Positions 46,274-54,789 of a DNA stretch of 64,000 nt are shown one piece after another. Location: the NCBI GenBank assembly GCA_020161295.1, contig JAIUOA010000007.1:24612-88611 (forward strand). The letters run 5' to 3'. Positions within the stretch are counted from its first letter, which is position 1. Each line of letters opens with the position of its first letter. This DNA comes from Bacillota bacterium (lineage in GTDB: Bacteria > Bacillota > Clostridia > Peptostreptococcales > Acidaminobacteraceae). A program made the position numbers and the translations under genes. Below the pieces are notes generated by a model. The model was given only the letters and a program-made list of their open reading frames with translations. It ran no database searches and was not told the DNA's origin.

Positions 46274-47344
46274 ATGAAAAGTAATCGTTTTTCACTTAGA
46301 GCGCTCATTATCCTTTCACTCGCTGGCATTTTACTCATCAATACTCTGGTGATGATCTACTTCATCGTCAGTTTTGATTTTCAGGAGGTGGCCGGGAAAG
46401 ACATTGTCGAGAACCCTTATCTATGGCTAGGCGTTTTTATGGTGCTCGTCATCCTATTTTTCATGACACTCATCATCATCATCAATAAGGCGATTTTTGA
46501 ACCTATTTTTGCCATGAAGCGCGCTGCCGAGCATATCAAATCGGGAAATCTAAACTATCCAATCGTCTACGATGCAGAAAATGAAATAGGTGATTTTTGC
46601 CGAGAATTCGATAAAATGCGTATTCGTCTTAAAGATACCATTCAGGAGCAACATGAGATCGAAAAAAGGCGTAAGCGTTTAATTGCCAGTATTACGCATG
46701 ATCTTAGGACGCCACTGACATCGATTAAAGGATATGTTGAGGCGATTCAGGACGGTATCGTCAAGGATCAGGAGACCTACGAAAAATACCTGGAAACCAT
46801 CAGCGACAAAGCTGATTATCTGAACCATCTGATCGATGACCTCTCTGTCTATACCAAGCAGGAACTCGGAGAATTTACCCTTAATCGCGAAAGACTTAAC
46901 TCAGGGCGACTTCTCAACAGCTATTTCGATCATAAAACTGAAGATTTTAGGGAGCTTCCTCTGACCTTGATTCTTCACAAGCCTTTTATTTCAACATTTA
47001 TAAATGTTGATCCATATCGGTTTAATCAAATTCTAGAAAACTTGATCAATAATGCACAAAAGTATGCAAATAATGTCATAGAAGTGCGTACCCGTGTGGT
47101 AAATTATCACTTGCAAATCACCATATCAGACGATGGTGATGGTATTCCAGAAGATGTCATCTCTAACATTTTCGATCCATTTTTCATGGTCAACAAAGTT
47201 AAGGACCAAAAGGAAAAAGGGGGCTCTGGACTTGGCCTCGCCATCGTAAAACAATTGACGGAACGACATGACGGCTTCATTTCCGTTAACAGCATCGTCG
47301 GAAAAGGGACAACCTTTACAGTAGATTTTCCTCTGGATCTATAA
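46274..47344 (+). CDS. Sensor histidine kinase (2 TM, HAMP, HisKA, HATPase_c)
   Basis: H-box SITHDLRTPLTSIKGY and N/G boxes NLINNAQKY, DDGDGI and GGSGLGLAIV. Confidence 0.9.
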   Translation: MKSNRFSLRALIILSLAGILLINTLVMIYFIVSFDFQEVAGKDIVENPYLWLGVFMVLVILFFMTLIIIINKAIFEPIFAMKRAAEHIKSGNLNYPIVYDAENEIGDFCREFDKMRIRLKDTIQEQHEIEKRRKRLIASITHDLRTPLTSIKGYVEAIQDGIVKDQETYEKYLETISDKADYLNHLIDDLSVYTKQELGEFTLNRERLNSGRLLNSYFDHKTEDFRELPLTLILHKPFISTFINVDPYRFNQILENLINNAQKYANNVIEVRTRVVNYHLQITISDDGDGIPEDVISNIFDPFFMVNKVKDQKEKGGSGLGLAIVKQLTERHDGFISVNSIVGKGTTFTVDFPLDL

Positions 47345-47398
47345 GGTATCTATGCCAAATTCTAGTATCAGGTGATTGATTAAATATGAGGTGACGTT

Positions 47399-48856
47399 AT
47401 GAAATGTCCTAATTGTAGTTTTATGAATTCTGAGGATTCAAAGACCTGTAAAGTATGTGGTTTCGAATTAAACGTTCGCCCCTATGTAACCAAGAAGCGA
47501 ACCATCGACGCTGAAGAAGAGGCTGAACTTGATTCTGTTCTTAAATCTTTGTTTGGAAAGGATGAAGATGATCCATTAGATGTTGCCACGACCTATCGTC
47601 TTTTGAAGAATAAACGTGACATTAAACAAGAGGCGGAAGAGACGACGCCTGTCGCAAGCACACCTAAAAACGACGTTTCTCCTCCACTCGTCCCGGACAC
47701 CACTACGCCACCTGACACTTCCATCGGTAAAGATGAGGAGACGGATTCTGATTCAAACGATCGACCGGCTTATAGCTTACGCATTATCATCGCCACATTC
47801 GGCGTATTGATTATACTTATTGCACTTTTCAAAGTGGGCCTTCTGGATGCACCTTGGCGATACGAAAAGGATGACGCCGAAAAAACCGAGGCAACTGAGG
47901 CGCTCACTGAGCCCAGCACAGCGAGCTCGACGATTGAGGCAATCACTATAGGCGATATGCCCGCTATGGTACCGATCAACAACTTCCTTAATAAACTCTC
48001 TGGTTTTATCAACAAAGGCAATTTAGTGATTCTTGCTGATTTTAAAAGGTCACAAGATGCCCTTGAAGTACTTACACCCTTTGCAAATATCGGTAATCTG
48101 GAAAAAATAGCATCTTATGAAGTCGTCAGCAGTGACGTAACGGATCAAAATGGGATATTCACCGTCAGCACCCAGTTGAATCGATTGATTAACGGTCAGC
48201 AAACTGTGGTCAATGCCATTTGGGATTTCACGGTGATCAATCAATCGGGCACATGGAAAATCGATGCTATAGGCGTTCAAACAGACGGCCTAATGATCGC
48301 TTCTAAGCCTATGGAGACGACGGAGAACATTTCGGCTTCCCAGCCTCCTAGCACTGAGGCGCCTACTGAGAAACCAACGCAACCAACAGCACCATCTACC
48401 ACAGAGGCTGTGTCGCAAACCACAACTGAGGCCGCGGAGCTGTCTGGTTTTATCAGTAGTGGCGGTTTCAGTGGCGGTTTAGGGTCATTTGGTCAGGATG
48501 TCGCCTTTGCACGTTATGGTTATCACCAGTCCTATGAGCGAATCGTATTCGACATCTATGAGTGGATCGGCGGCGAGCCTAGCACACGTGCTGAAAAGAT
48601 TACACTTTATGCCACGAATATTAGCGCCGATGGCAAGACCATTTCCATTACATTAAACGGTGCCATCGATGCCTATGCCAGATCTTCCGGAATCGATCTT
48701 AAAGGAAGCCCATTGATCAAGTCTGTTGACTATATGGATCCTGGTAATGGAGATGCTGTCGCCATTATCATCAGTCTCTCTCAAAAGAGTCAGTATAAGG
48801 TATTTGAACTGAAATCACCAGCTAAACTCGTCGTCGATATCGCACCACTTAATTAA
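47399..48856 (+). CDS. Zinc-ribbon/single-TM protein with extracytoplasmic domains
   Basis: N-terminal CPNC...CKVCG, a TM segment at about aa 133-152, Thr/Pro-rich linkers, and a C-terminal ...YKVFELKSPAKLVVDI that looks AMIN-like by eye. Confidence 0.6.
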   Translation: MKCPNCSFMNSEDSKTCKVCGFELNVRPYVTKKRTIDAEEEAELDSVLKSLFGKDEDDPLDVATTYRLLKNKRDIKQEAEETTPVASTPKNDVSPPLVPDTTTPPDTSIGKDEETDSDSNDRPAYSLRIIIATFGVLIILIALFKVGLLDAPWRYEKDDAEKTEATEALTEPSTASSTIEAITIGDMPAMVPINNFLNKLSGFINKGNLVILADFKRSQDALEVLTPFANIGNLEKIASYEVVSSDVTDQNGIFTVSTQLNRLINGQQTVVNAIWDFTVINQSGTWKIDAIGVQTDGLMIASKPMETTENISASQPPSTEAPTEKPTQPTAPSTTEAVSQTTTEAAELSGFISSGGFSGGLGSFGQDVAFARYGYHQSYERIVFDIYEWIGGEPSTRAEKITLYATNISADGKTISITLNGAIDAYARSSGIDLKGSPLIKSVDYMDPGNGDAVAIIISLSQKSQYKVFELKSPAKLVVDIAPLN

Positions 48857-48862
48857 CAAACA

Positions 48863-48896
48863 ACCCCCCATCATAAATCTGATGGGGGGTCTTTTT
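48863..48896 (+). terminator. Intrinsic terminator
   Basis: Hairpin ACCCCCCATC/GATGGGGGGT followed by CTTTTTG. Confidence 0.7.
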
Positions 48897-48919
48897 GTTG
48901 TTTTACTATTCAATTTTGT

Positions 48920-49318
48920 TTAACGTACCAGCTTCACTATAAGCATAATGATGAGCAAGGGAACAATTACCACTGATACAAAAGCCAATACCATGCCTAC
49001 TGCTCCGACGACGAGACCGATAGCTCCACCGATGATTCCGAATATGCCGCCGAGAATACCGCCGATAGCGCCAAAGAGCCCGCCGACGACACCACCCACT
49101 ACACCACCAATACCACCTATTAAAGTACCCAGTCCGCCAAAGACAAAGCCAAAGACTGAGCCGAGAACTTTAAAGGGAAGTGCAAGGAGTGAACCAACGG
49201 GAATAAAGAAGGCAATCACGCCAGCGATGAGTAAATAGGGGAGCATCTTCTCGAATGTGTAACCTTTGTTAAACAATACCTTTGCCAAAATGGCCATAAT
49301 GATTATCGCAAATATCAT
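48920..49318 (-). CDS. Glycine-zipper-rich small membrane protein
   Basis: Contains GGLGTLIGGIGGVVGGVVGGLFGAIGGILGGIFGIIGGAIG. The ATG at 49318 has GGAGG 5 nt upstream. Confidence 0.55.
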   Translation of the reverse strand: MIFAIIIMAILAKVLFNKGYTFEKMLPYLLIAGVIAFFIPVGSLLALPFKVLGSVFGFVFGGLGTLIGGIGGVVGGVVGGLFGAIGGILGGIFGIIGGAIGLVVGAVGMVLAFVSVVIVPLLIIMLIVKLVR

Positions 49319-49434
49319 AATTACCTCCATCTATCTTAGACCTTCGTCTGTTTTTCTATAACCATCATACGACACCCAGTTATAAAACGCGTTAGCCTAA
49401 GATTAGAATACGGTAAGAATCATAATTCTTCAGA

Positions 49435-50454
49435 TTAATCTTGTACTTTCTTCGTTTCGTTGATCTTCTTAAGCTCTTCCACTAAAAACGGTAACACTTT
49501 ATGAACATCCCCGACGATACCAAGGTCAGCCACTTCAAATATCTTAGCGCCCTTGTCTTTGTTGATGGCTACGATGAGCTCAGCTTCTTCCATACCAGCG
49601 ACGTGTTGGATGGCACCTGAGATACCGCAAGCGATATAAAGGTTTGGTCTTACTGTCTTACCTGTTTGGCCTACTTGACGGTCGTGATCCATCCAGCCTG
49701 CGTCAACTGCTGCTCTCGAAGCGGATACTAAACCGCCTAGTTCATCTGCCAAATCATAGAGTAATCCGAAGTTTTCTGCTGAACCGACGCCGCGACCACC
49801 TGAAACTAAAACGGTTGCTTCTTGAATATCTTGCTTTTCATCTGTTTCTTTCTCAAACGAAAGGATTTCTACGAAATTTCTATTCTTTTCGATAGTCACT
49901 GGGAAGTGAATGACTTCACCCTTACGCGCATGGTCTCTTTCCATTTTGGTCATTACACCCGGACGTACAGTCGACATTTGTGGTCTGTGGTCAGGGCTGA
50001 TAATCGTCGCCATAATATTACCACCAAAAGCAGGACGCGTCATCAACAGCATACGGTCCTCTGAAACGTCAAGCGACGTACAGTCTGCTGTAAGGCCAGT
50101 CTCCAATCTCGCTGACACGCGTGGCGCTAAATCTCTTCCGATTGAAGTCGCACCGAATAAAACGATTTCTGGCATTTCAGATTTTACTGCTTGAACCATA
50201 GCCTGTGTATAAGGCTCAGTTGAGTAAAGTTCTAATGATGGGTCATCAAGGATGAGCACCTTATCCGCACCATATTCAATTAAAAGCTTACTGTGCTTTT
50301 CCACATCTTTTCCAATTAACGCTGCTGTCACCCCAACTCCGAGTTCATCTGCAATTTTTCTACCTTTTCCAAGGAGTTCAATTGATACGTTTTGCACTTC
50401 ATTAAAACGTTGCTCGATATACACGAGCACGCCTTTATAATCATTAATATTCAT
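49435..50454 (-). CDS. etfA: Electron transfer flavoprotein alpha subunit
   Basis: C-terminal FAD-binding region containing LYIACGISGAIQHVAGM. Confidence 0.92.
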   Translation of the reverse strand: MNINDYKGVLVYIEQRFNEVQNVSIELLGKGRKIADELGVGVTAALIGKDVEKHSKLLIEYGADKVLILDDPSLELYSTEPYTQAMVQAVKSEMPEIVLFGATSIGRDLAPRVSARLETGLTADCTSLDVSEDRMLLMTRPAFGGNIMATIISPDHRPQMSTVRPGVMTKMERDHARKGEVIHFPVTIEKNRNFVEILSFEKETDEKQDIQEATVLVSGGRGVGSAENFGLLYDLADELGGLVSASRAAVDAGWMDHDRQVGQTGKTVRPNLYIACGISGAIQHVAGMEEAELIVAINKDKGAKIFEVADLGIVGDVHKVLPFLVEELKKINETKKVQD

Positions 50455-50464
50455 GAGACTCCTC

Positions 50465-51247
50465 CTAGATAATAAATTTCTCTTGCAGTTTATCGACGAT
50501 GGCGATTGCCAGTTCTTTTGGTGACCCTTCCACCACTTTACCAGCTGACTTTGCCCCTTTAGTAAAGGATTTCTTAACTTTCGTCGGCGAGCCCTTTAAT
50601 CCCATTTTCTCGACATCCGCTTCGATGTCATTGAAGCCCCATGTTTCAATTTCAAGCGCTCTATGCGCATCAATAAGGCCCATTACAGACATATAACGCG
50701 CTTCATTAAGCTCTGCTAATGCCGTAATCAGACATGGATAAGCAACTTTTATCTTTTGGAAACCATCTTCAAAACTTCTCTTAACGATGGCATACGTGTC
50801 GTGGTGTTCAAAAGCTGACACATATGAAATCTGTGGTAAATTCAAATGCTCCGCAATTTGTGGTCCTACTTGAGCCGTATCGCCATCGATTGCTTGACGG
50901 CCAGTAATCACCAAATCAAAATCTATTTTCTTAAGTGCAGCGGCAATCGTCGTAGAGGTTGCTAATGTATCTGCACCTGCAAATACACGGTCAGTCAATA
51001 ATATTACGCGGTCAGCACCCATAGCATAAGCTTCCTGGAGTGCAACCTTCGCTTGTGGTGGGCCCATAGTTACTACTGTAATATGAGCGCCAAATTCATC
51101 CTTTAATCTAAGCGCTGCTTCGAGACCTGCTTTATCATCTGGGTTGATGATGCTTGGGACACCATCGCGAATCAGCGTTCCTGTCTTAGGATCTAAACGC
51201 ACTTCGTTCGTATCTGGAACTTGCTTTATACATACAACAATTTTCAT
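50465..51247 (-). CDS. etfB: Electron transfer flavoprotein beta subunit
   Basis: MKIVVCIKQVPDT... The ATG at 51247 has GGAGG 7 nt upstream. Confidence 0.92.
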   Translation of the reverse strand: MKIVVCIKQVPDTNEVRLDPKTGTLIRDGVPSIINPDDKAGLEAALRLKDEFGAHITVVTMGPPQAKVALQEAYAMGADRVILLTDRVFAGADTLATSTTIAAALKKIDFDLVITGRQAIDGDTAQVGPQIAEHLNLPQISYVSAFEHHDTYAIVKRSFEDGFQKIKVAYPCLITALAELNEARYMSVMGLIDAHRALEIETWGFNDIEADVEKMGLKGSPTKVKKSFTKGAKSAGKVVEGSPKELAIAIVDKLQEKFII

Positions 51248-51264
51248 CGTCAATCCTCCATTCA

Positions 51265-52404
51265 CTACTTCAATTCAGGCGCAGAGATTACCATACGCTG
51301 CACTTCGCTCGTACCTTCGTAAATCTCTGTAATTTTAGCATCTCGCATCATGCGCTCAACAGGGTATTCACGTGTATACCCGTAGCCACCATGAAGCTGG
51401 ACCGCTTTTGTCGTCACTTCCATAGCAACTTCTGAAGCGAAGAGCTTCGCCATCGCTGCTTCTTGTGCGTAGGGGAGCTTTTTCTCCTTTTTGTACGCAG
51501 CGTTATAAACCAAAAGACGAGCTGCCTCGATTTTGGTTTTCATATCAGCGATTTGAAATTGAGTGTTTTGGAATGCAGCAATTGGCTTGCCAAACTGCTT
51601 TCTTTCTTTTACATATTTAACGGTTTCATTATACGCACCTTGTGCGATACCCAGTGCTTGCGCAGCGATACCAATACGGCCGCCATCTAAGGTCATCATC
51701 GCGATTTTAAACCCTTTACCTTCGCCACCTAACATATTTTCCACGGGGATTCTGCAATCTTCAAAAATAAGCTCACAAGTACTAGAACCTCTGATGCCCA
51801 TTTTGGCTTCCTTTTTACCGATAGAAAAACCTGGGGTTCCCATTTCAACGATAAATGCAGAAATGCCTTTTAAACCTTGCGCGCGATCGGTCATCGCGAT
51901 TACGATGTAAATATCTGCATAGCCAGCGTTCGTGATGAATATCTTGCTGCCATTCAAGATATAGGAATCGCCGTCTTTAACCGCAGTTGTCTGTTGACCA
52001 GATGCATCTGTACCTGCGTTTGGTTCAGTTAAACCAAATGCTCCGATTTTTTCGCCTTTAGCTAGGGGAACTAAAAACTTCTGTTTCTGTTCTTCAGTAC
52101 CGAACTCATAAATTGGTGCAGCGCAGAGTGAAGTATGTGCTGAAAGCACAACTGAAGTCGTACCACAGGCGACACCTAACTCTTCAACAGCGTTGATATA
52201 CTGCCAGTAAGTGCCACCAGCGCCGCCGTACTGTCTTGGGAATGGGATGCCCATCATGCCAAGTTTTGCCATTTTTTTAACAGTTTCTACTGGGAATCTT
52301 TCTAAATCATCTACTTCCGCAGCAATTGGTTCTACCTCATTCTTTGTAAACTTTCTGAACAGTTCACGCATCATGAGGTCTTCATTTGTCAATTCAAAAG
52401 TCAT
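51265..52404 (-). CDS. bcd: Short-chain (butyryl-CoA-type) acyl-CoA dehydrogenase
   Basis: Contains GLTEPNAGTDA and the catalytic-Glu region IYEGTSEVQR. The ATG at 52404 has GGAGGG upstream; the track start at 52515 adds 37 spurious codons. Confidence 0.9.
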   Translation of the reverse strand: MTFELTNEDLMMRELFRKFTKNEVEPIAAEVDDLERFPVETVKKMAKLGMMGIPFPRQYGGAGGTYWQYINAVEELGVACGTTSVVLSAHTSLCAAPIYEFGTEEQKQKFLVPLAKGEKIGAFGLTEPNAGTDASGQQTTAVKDGDSYILNGSKIFITNAGYADIYIVIAMTDRAQGLKGISAFIVEMGTPGFSIGKKEAKMGIRGSSTCELIFEDCRIPVENMLGGEGKGFKIAMMTLDGGRIGIAAQALGIAQGAYNETVKYVKERKQFGKPIAAFQNTQFQIADMKTKIEAARLLVYNAAYKKEKKLPYAQEAAMAKLFASEVAMEVTTKAVQLHGGYGYTREYPVERMMRDAKITEIYEGTSEVQRMVISAPELK

Positions 52405-52528
52405 TTTTCTCCCTCCGTTTGTTAATAATTTAACTGTAAAACTCAAAAAAAATAAACTATCCCCATGACAACATTTTAACATTCGTTCGTTAAAAAGTCC
52501 AATAGGATAATTCATTTTGATGGATAAT

Positions 52529-52933
52529 TTACGGAAACTTTACAAATCGAAAGATTAAAAGCATGACGACTAAAATAGCTGCTAAATAGAGATAAGAACG
52601 ATACCTTACTTTCTTGATTCCTTTGCCAAATCGATCTTCATACAAAATTTTATTCTTAAAGCTTAAGTCCTTATCAAACTCATGGTAAAGCTCGGTTGGA
52701 AAATCGATTATCTCCTTGACCTCGCCTGTATATAACGCATGTACCACTTCGTAATCTTTTAGTGGCACCCATAACTCATATCCTCTGCCTTCCTCTGAAG
52801 GTTTAACACGGGTTCTTACGCCTATCTCTGCTAGCCGCTTTTCAAAGGCAAGAAAGCATCTATCATCAGCTGCATTTACATTCCTATCGACCATTTTCCA
52901 TTCATACAACTTCGCGAGGTGCTCGTGTGTCAT
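52529..52933 (-). CDS. Hypothetical tail-anchored membrane protein (134 aa)
   Basis: Soluble N-terminal domain plus a C-terminal TM segment (YLYLAAILVVMLLIF). Its start overlaps the stop of the upstream gene (ATGA). Confidence 0.55.
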   Translation of the reverse strand: MTHEHLAKLYEWKMVDRNVNAADDRCFLAFEKRLAEIGVRTRVKPSEEGRGYELWVPLKDYEVVHALYTGEVKEIIDFPTELYHEFDKDLSFKNKILYEDRFGKGIKKVRYRSYLYLAAILVVMLLIFRFVKFP

Positions 52934-53640
52934 GGTTTGCTCCCTTCGTCTAACGATATGATTCTTTCGATAAGAATCGCTTTATCCGCATCGTCCATCA
53001 CGACACCATTAATGACGTCCATAAGTGAATCGGCGCCATTCTCCGTCGTATAAAGCGTATACTCTCCATTAAAAGTTTTAATTTCCAGCTGTTTAGCATA
53101 GGCTTCGGCGCGCTTCAAATCCGTCATCAACCACTTAATACCCTGTGAATACTGAGACATAAAGCCTGTCGCTACTGTGGGATATACTTCGAGCACCGAC
53201 TGAGTCATTAAGATAGCTGCCATTTCTGTGGCTTGATCGTTAGAATCAATAAAACGTCCTAGACCGACCACGCTATAATCCGCGTTATTTCGTAAAATGT
53301 CGATGGAATCCAGCAAATCCAGGATAACCACACTTTTACTCCCATCTTCGAGAGCAGAAGCCAGTTTGCTTTCATCTTCATAAACCACGTAATCAAAAAC
53401 GACGTTTTTCTCAATCATCGGTTGCTGATAAATTAGAGATGTCAATGAAAATGCCGCAATACCATCCCCCGCTGCACAGGAGAAGTACAAGTTCTCATCC
53501 CATTCACTTCGGTCCTCTACAGACGCTATGCTTGACAACTCTTCGGTTACACCAAATGTATCTGGGCTCGTTTGTTTTTCGCACCCTATTAGCAGTAAAC
53601 CAAATAAGAGGATCATTATATTTCTATATTTATGCATCAT
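52930..53640 (-). CDS. Hypothetical lipoprotein
   Basis: Lipobox LLLIGC follows MMHKYRNIMILLFG. By eye there is a weak resemblance to type-2 periplasmic binding proteins. The track start at 53730 overlaps the upstream gene. Confidence 0.55.
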   Translation of the reverse strand: MMHKYRNIMILLFGLLLIGCEKQTSPDTFGVTEELSSIASVEDRSEWDENLYFSCAAGDGIAAFSLTSLIYQQPMIEKNVVFDYVVYEDESKLASALEDGSKSVVILDLLDSIDILRNNADYSVVGLGRFIDSNDQATEMAAILMTQSVLEVYPTVATGFMSQYSQGIKWLMTDLKRAEAYAKQLEIKTFNGEYTLYTTENGADSLMDVINGVVMDDADKAILIERIISLDEGSKP

Positions 53641-53698
53641 GCACCTTCTTAAGAAATCTTTATCAAATTTTAACACAAAAAAGAGGCTATAAATAGCC

Positions 53699-54169
53699 TC
53701 AAATCGCAATTCTTCTTTTGATATATTCACTTTCAGGTTTTACCAGTTCAAAATAAACAGTCTGCTGGTCATCGATAAAATTCTTATCGATCAATAAATC
53801 CAGTGCATTGATCGTACCTGTTATCTCATCAATGACTTGTTTCATTCCCAGTTTTGTTTTAATCAGGTTGAGAAGTCCACCCCTAGTGCTGCCATTTTTT
53901 ATGACGATAAAGATACGGCCATCGCGCTTTAAAATGCGTTTCGCCTGTGAAAGCACCGCCACCATGCTACTGCCAAACCGTTCAAAATCCACTAATAGAA
54001 TTTTATCAGCACTTTCATCTAGAAGCTCCATTTGCTGCTCATGAAGCTTGATGGATTTGTGATGCACCTCACCAAAGTAAACACCTATTTGTTTGATGTC
54101 CCAATGCAATATGATATCTACCGGAGAAAAGTCACTTGGACTCATCTCCTTAATTTTTTCTATCATCAT
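53699..54169 (-). CDS. Hypothetical protein (156 aa)
   Basis: GGGAG RBS lies 7 nt upstream. The segment DKILLVDFERFGSS...AKRILKRDGRIFIV faintly recalls the distal half of a class-I methyltransferase, but there is no GxGxG motif. Confidence 0.55.
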   Translation of the reverse strand: MMIEKIKEMSPSDFSPVDIILHWDIKQIGVYFGEVHHKSIKLHEQQMELLDESADKILLVDFERFGSSMVAVLSQAKRILKRDGRIFIVIKNGSTRGGLLNLIKTKLGMKQVIDEITGTINALDLLIDKNFIDDQQTVYFELVKPESEYIKRRIAI

Positions 54170-54296
54170 TTATGTACTCCCATGCGCTGTTCCTGCATTA
54201 AAAATAACATAGGAACGTTGAAAATACAATAAACGGCATATTAACAATATCATACTTTTTTTTAATAGAGTCATTAACGAAATGCAACAGCTCGTT

Positions 54297-54776
54297 TTAT
54301 AAGTTATCCGGATTTTTCTTAAAATAAAGCCTTTCCGCAGTGTGCTTCGTCTCTTCGATGATGGTATCAATGCTATTAAGATGTGCCTTAATCCGGTCAG
54401 CGGTCTCTTTTGGTACGTTATAGTATAGAAACAAATCTTCAAACTTTAAAAGAGATCGGTTAAAATTCACGTTGATATCCACAAAGGATTCTATGTTATG
54501 GCTATTCGAAGCATTTTTAAATTGCTCCAAATCGATTTCGATAATATCGATAACATCTTCCTCTTTTTCAAACTCCCTGAGTGCCAATGGGTAAGGCTTG
54601 ATGCGTTCCAGAAAATATTTGCCTTTTTTATTGATGTTGTATACATAGGCAATTTCATACTTTCCAACCAGAAAAACGACGAAACACATTTTGGAATTAA
54701 TGACTTGAACATCTGCTCCCATCTGCCTTAACTTAAAATCGTGTTCCATTACTTCCGCATTCATTAACTTTCTCAT
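54297..54776 (-). CDS. Hypothetical protein (159 aa)
   Basis: The ORF starts 13 nt after the transporter gene stop and has a G-rich RBS. I recognise no motif. Confidence 0.5.
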   Translation of the reverse strand: MRKLMNAEVMEHDFKLRQMGADVQVINSKMCFVVFLVGKYEIAYVYNINKKGKYFLERIKPYPLALREFEKEEDVIDIIEIDLEQFKNASNSHNIESFVDINVNFNRSLLKFEDLFLYYNVPKETADRIKAHLNSIDTIIEETKHTAERLYFKKNPDNL

Positions 54777-54789
54777 GATTGAATCCCCC

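Noticed and set aside
44369-47344. A ligase followed by an OmpR/HK pair looked like a vancomycin-resistance (van) type cluster.
   Set aside because: The ligase omega loop reads YEDKY and retains the Lys-Tyr pair characteristic of D-Ala-D-Ala ligases. There is no vanH-like dehydrogenase, vanX/XY dipeptidase or vanT racemase. The ddl-murF pairing is the normal housekeeping arrangement in Firmicutes.
54170-54442. The 90-aa minus-strand ORF spanning the gap between the 159-aa and 156-aa genes.
   Set aside because: It overlaps the 3' end of the 159-aa gene in another frame, has no RBS and has an odd Cys/Arg/Leu-rich composition. It is probably spurious.
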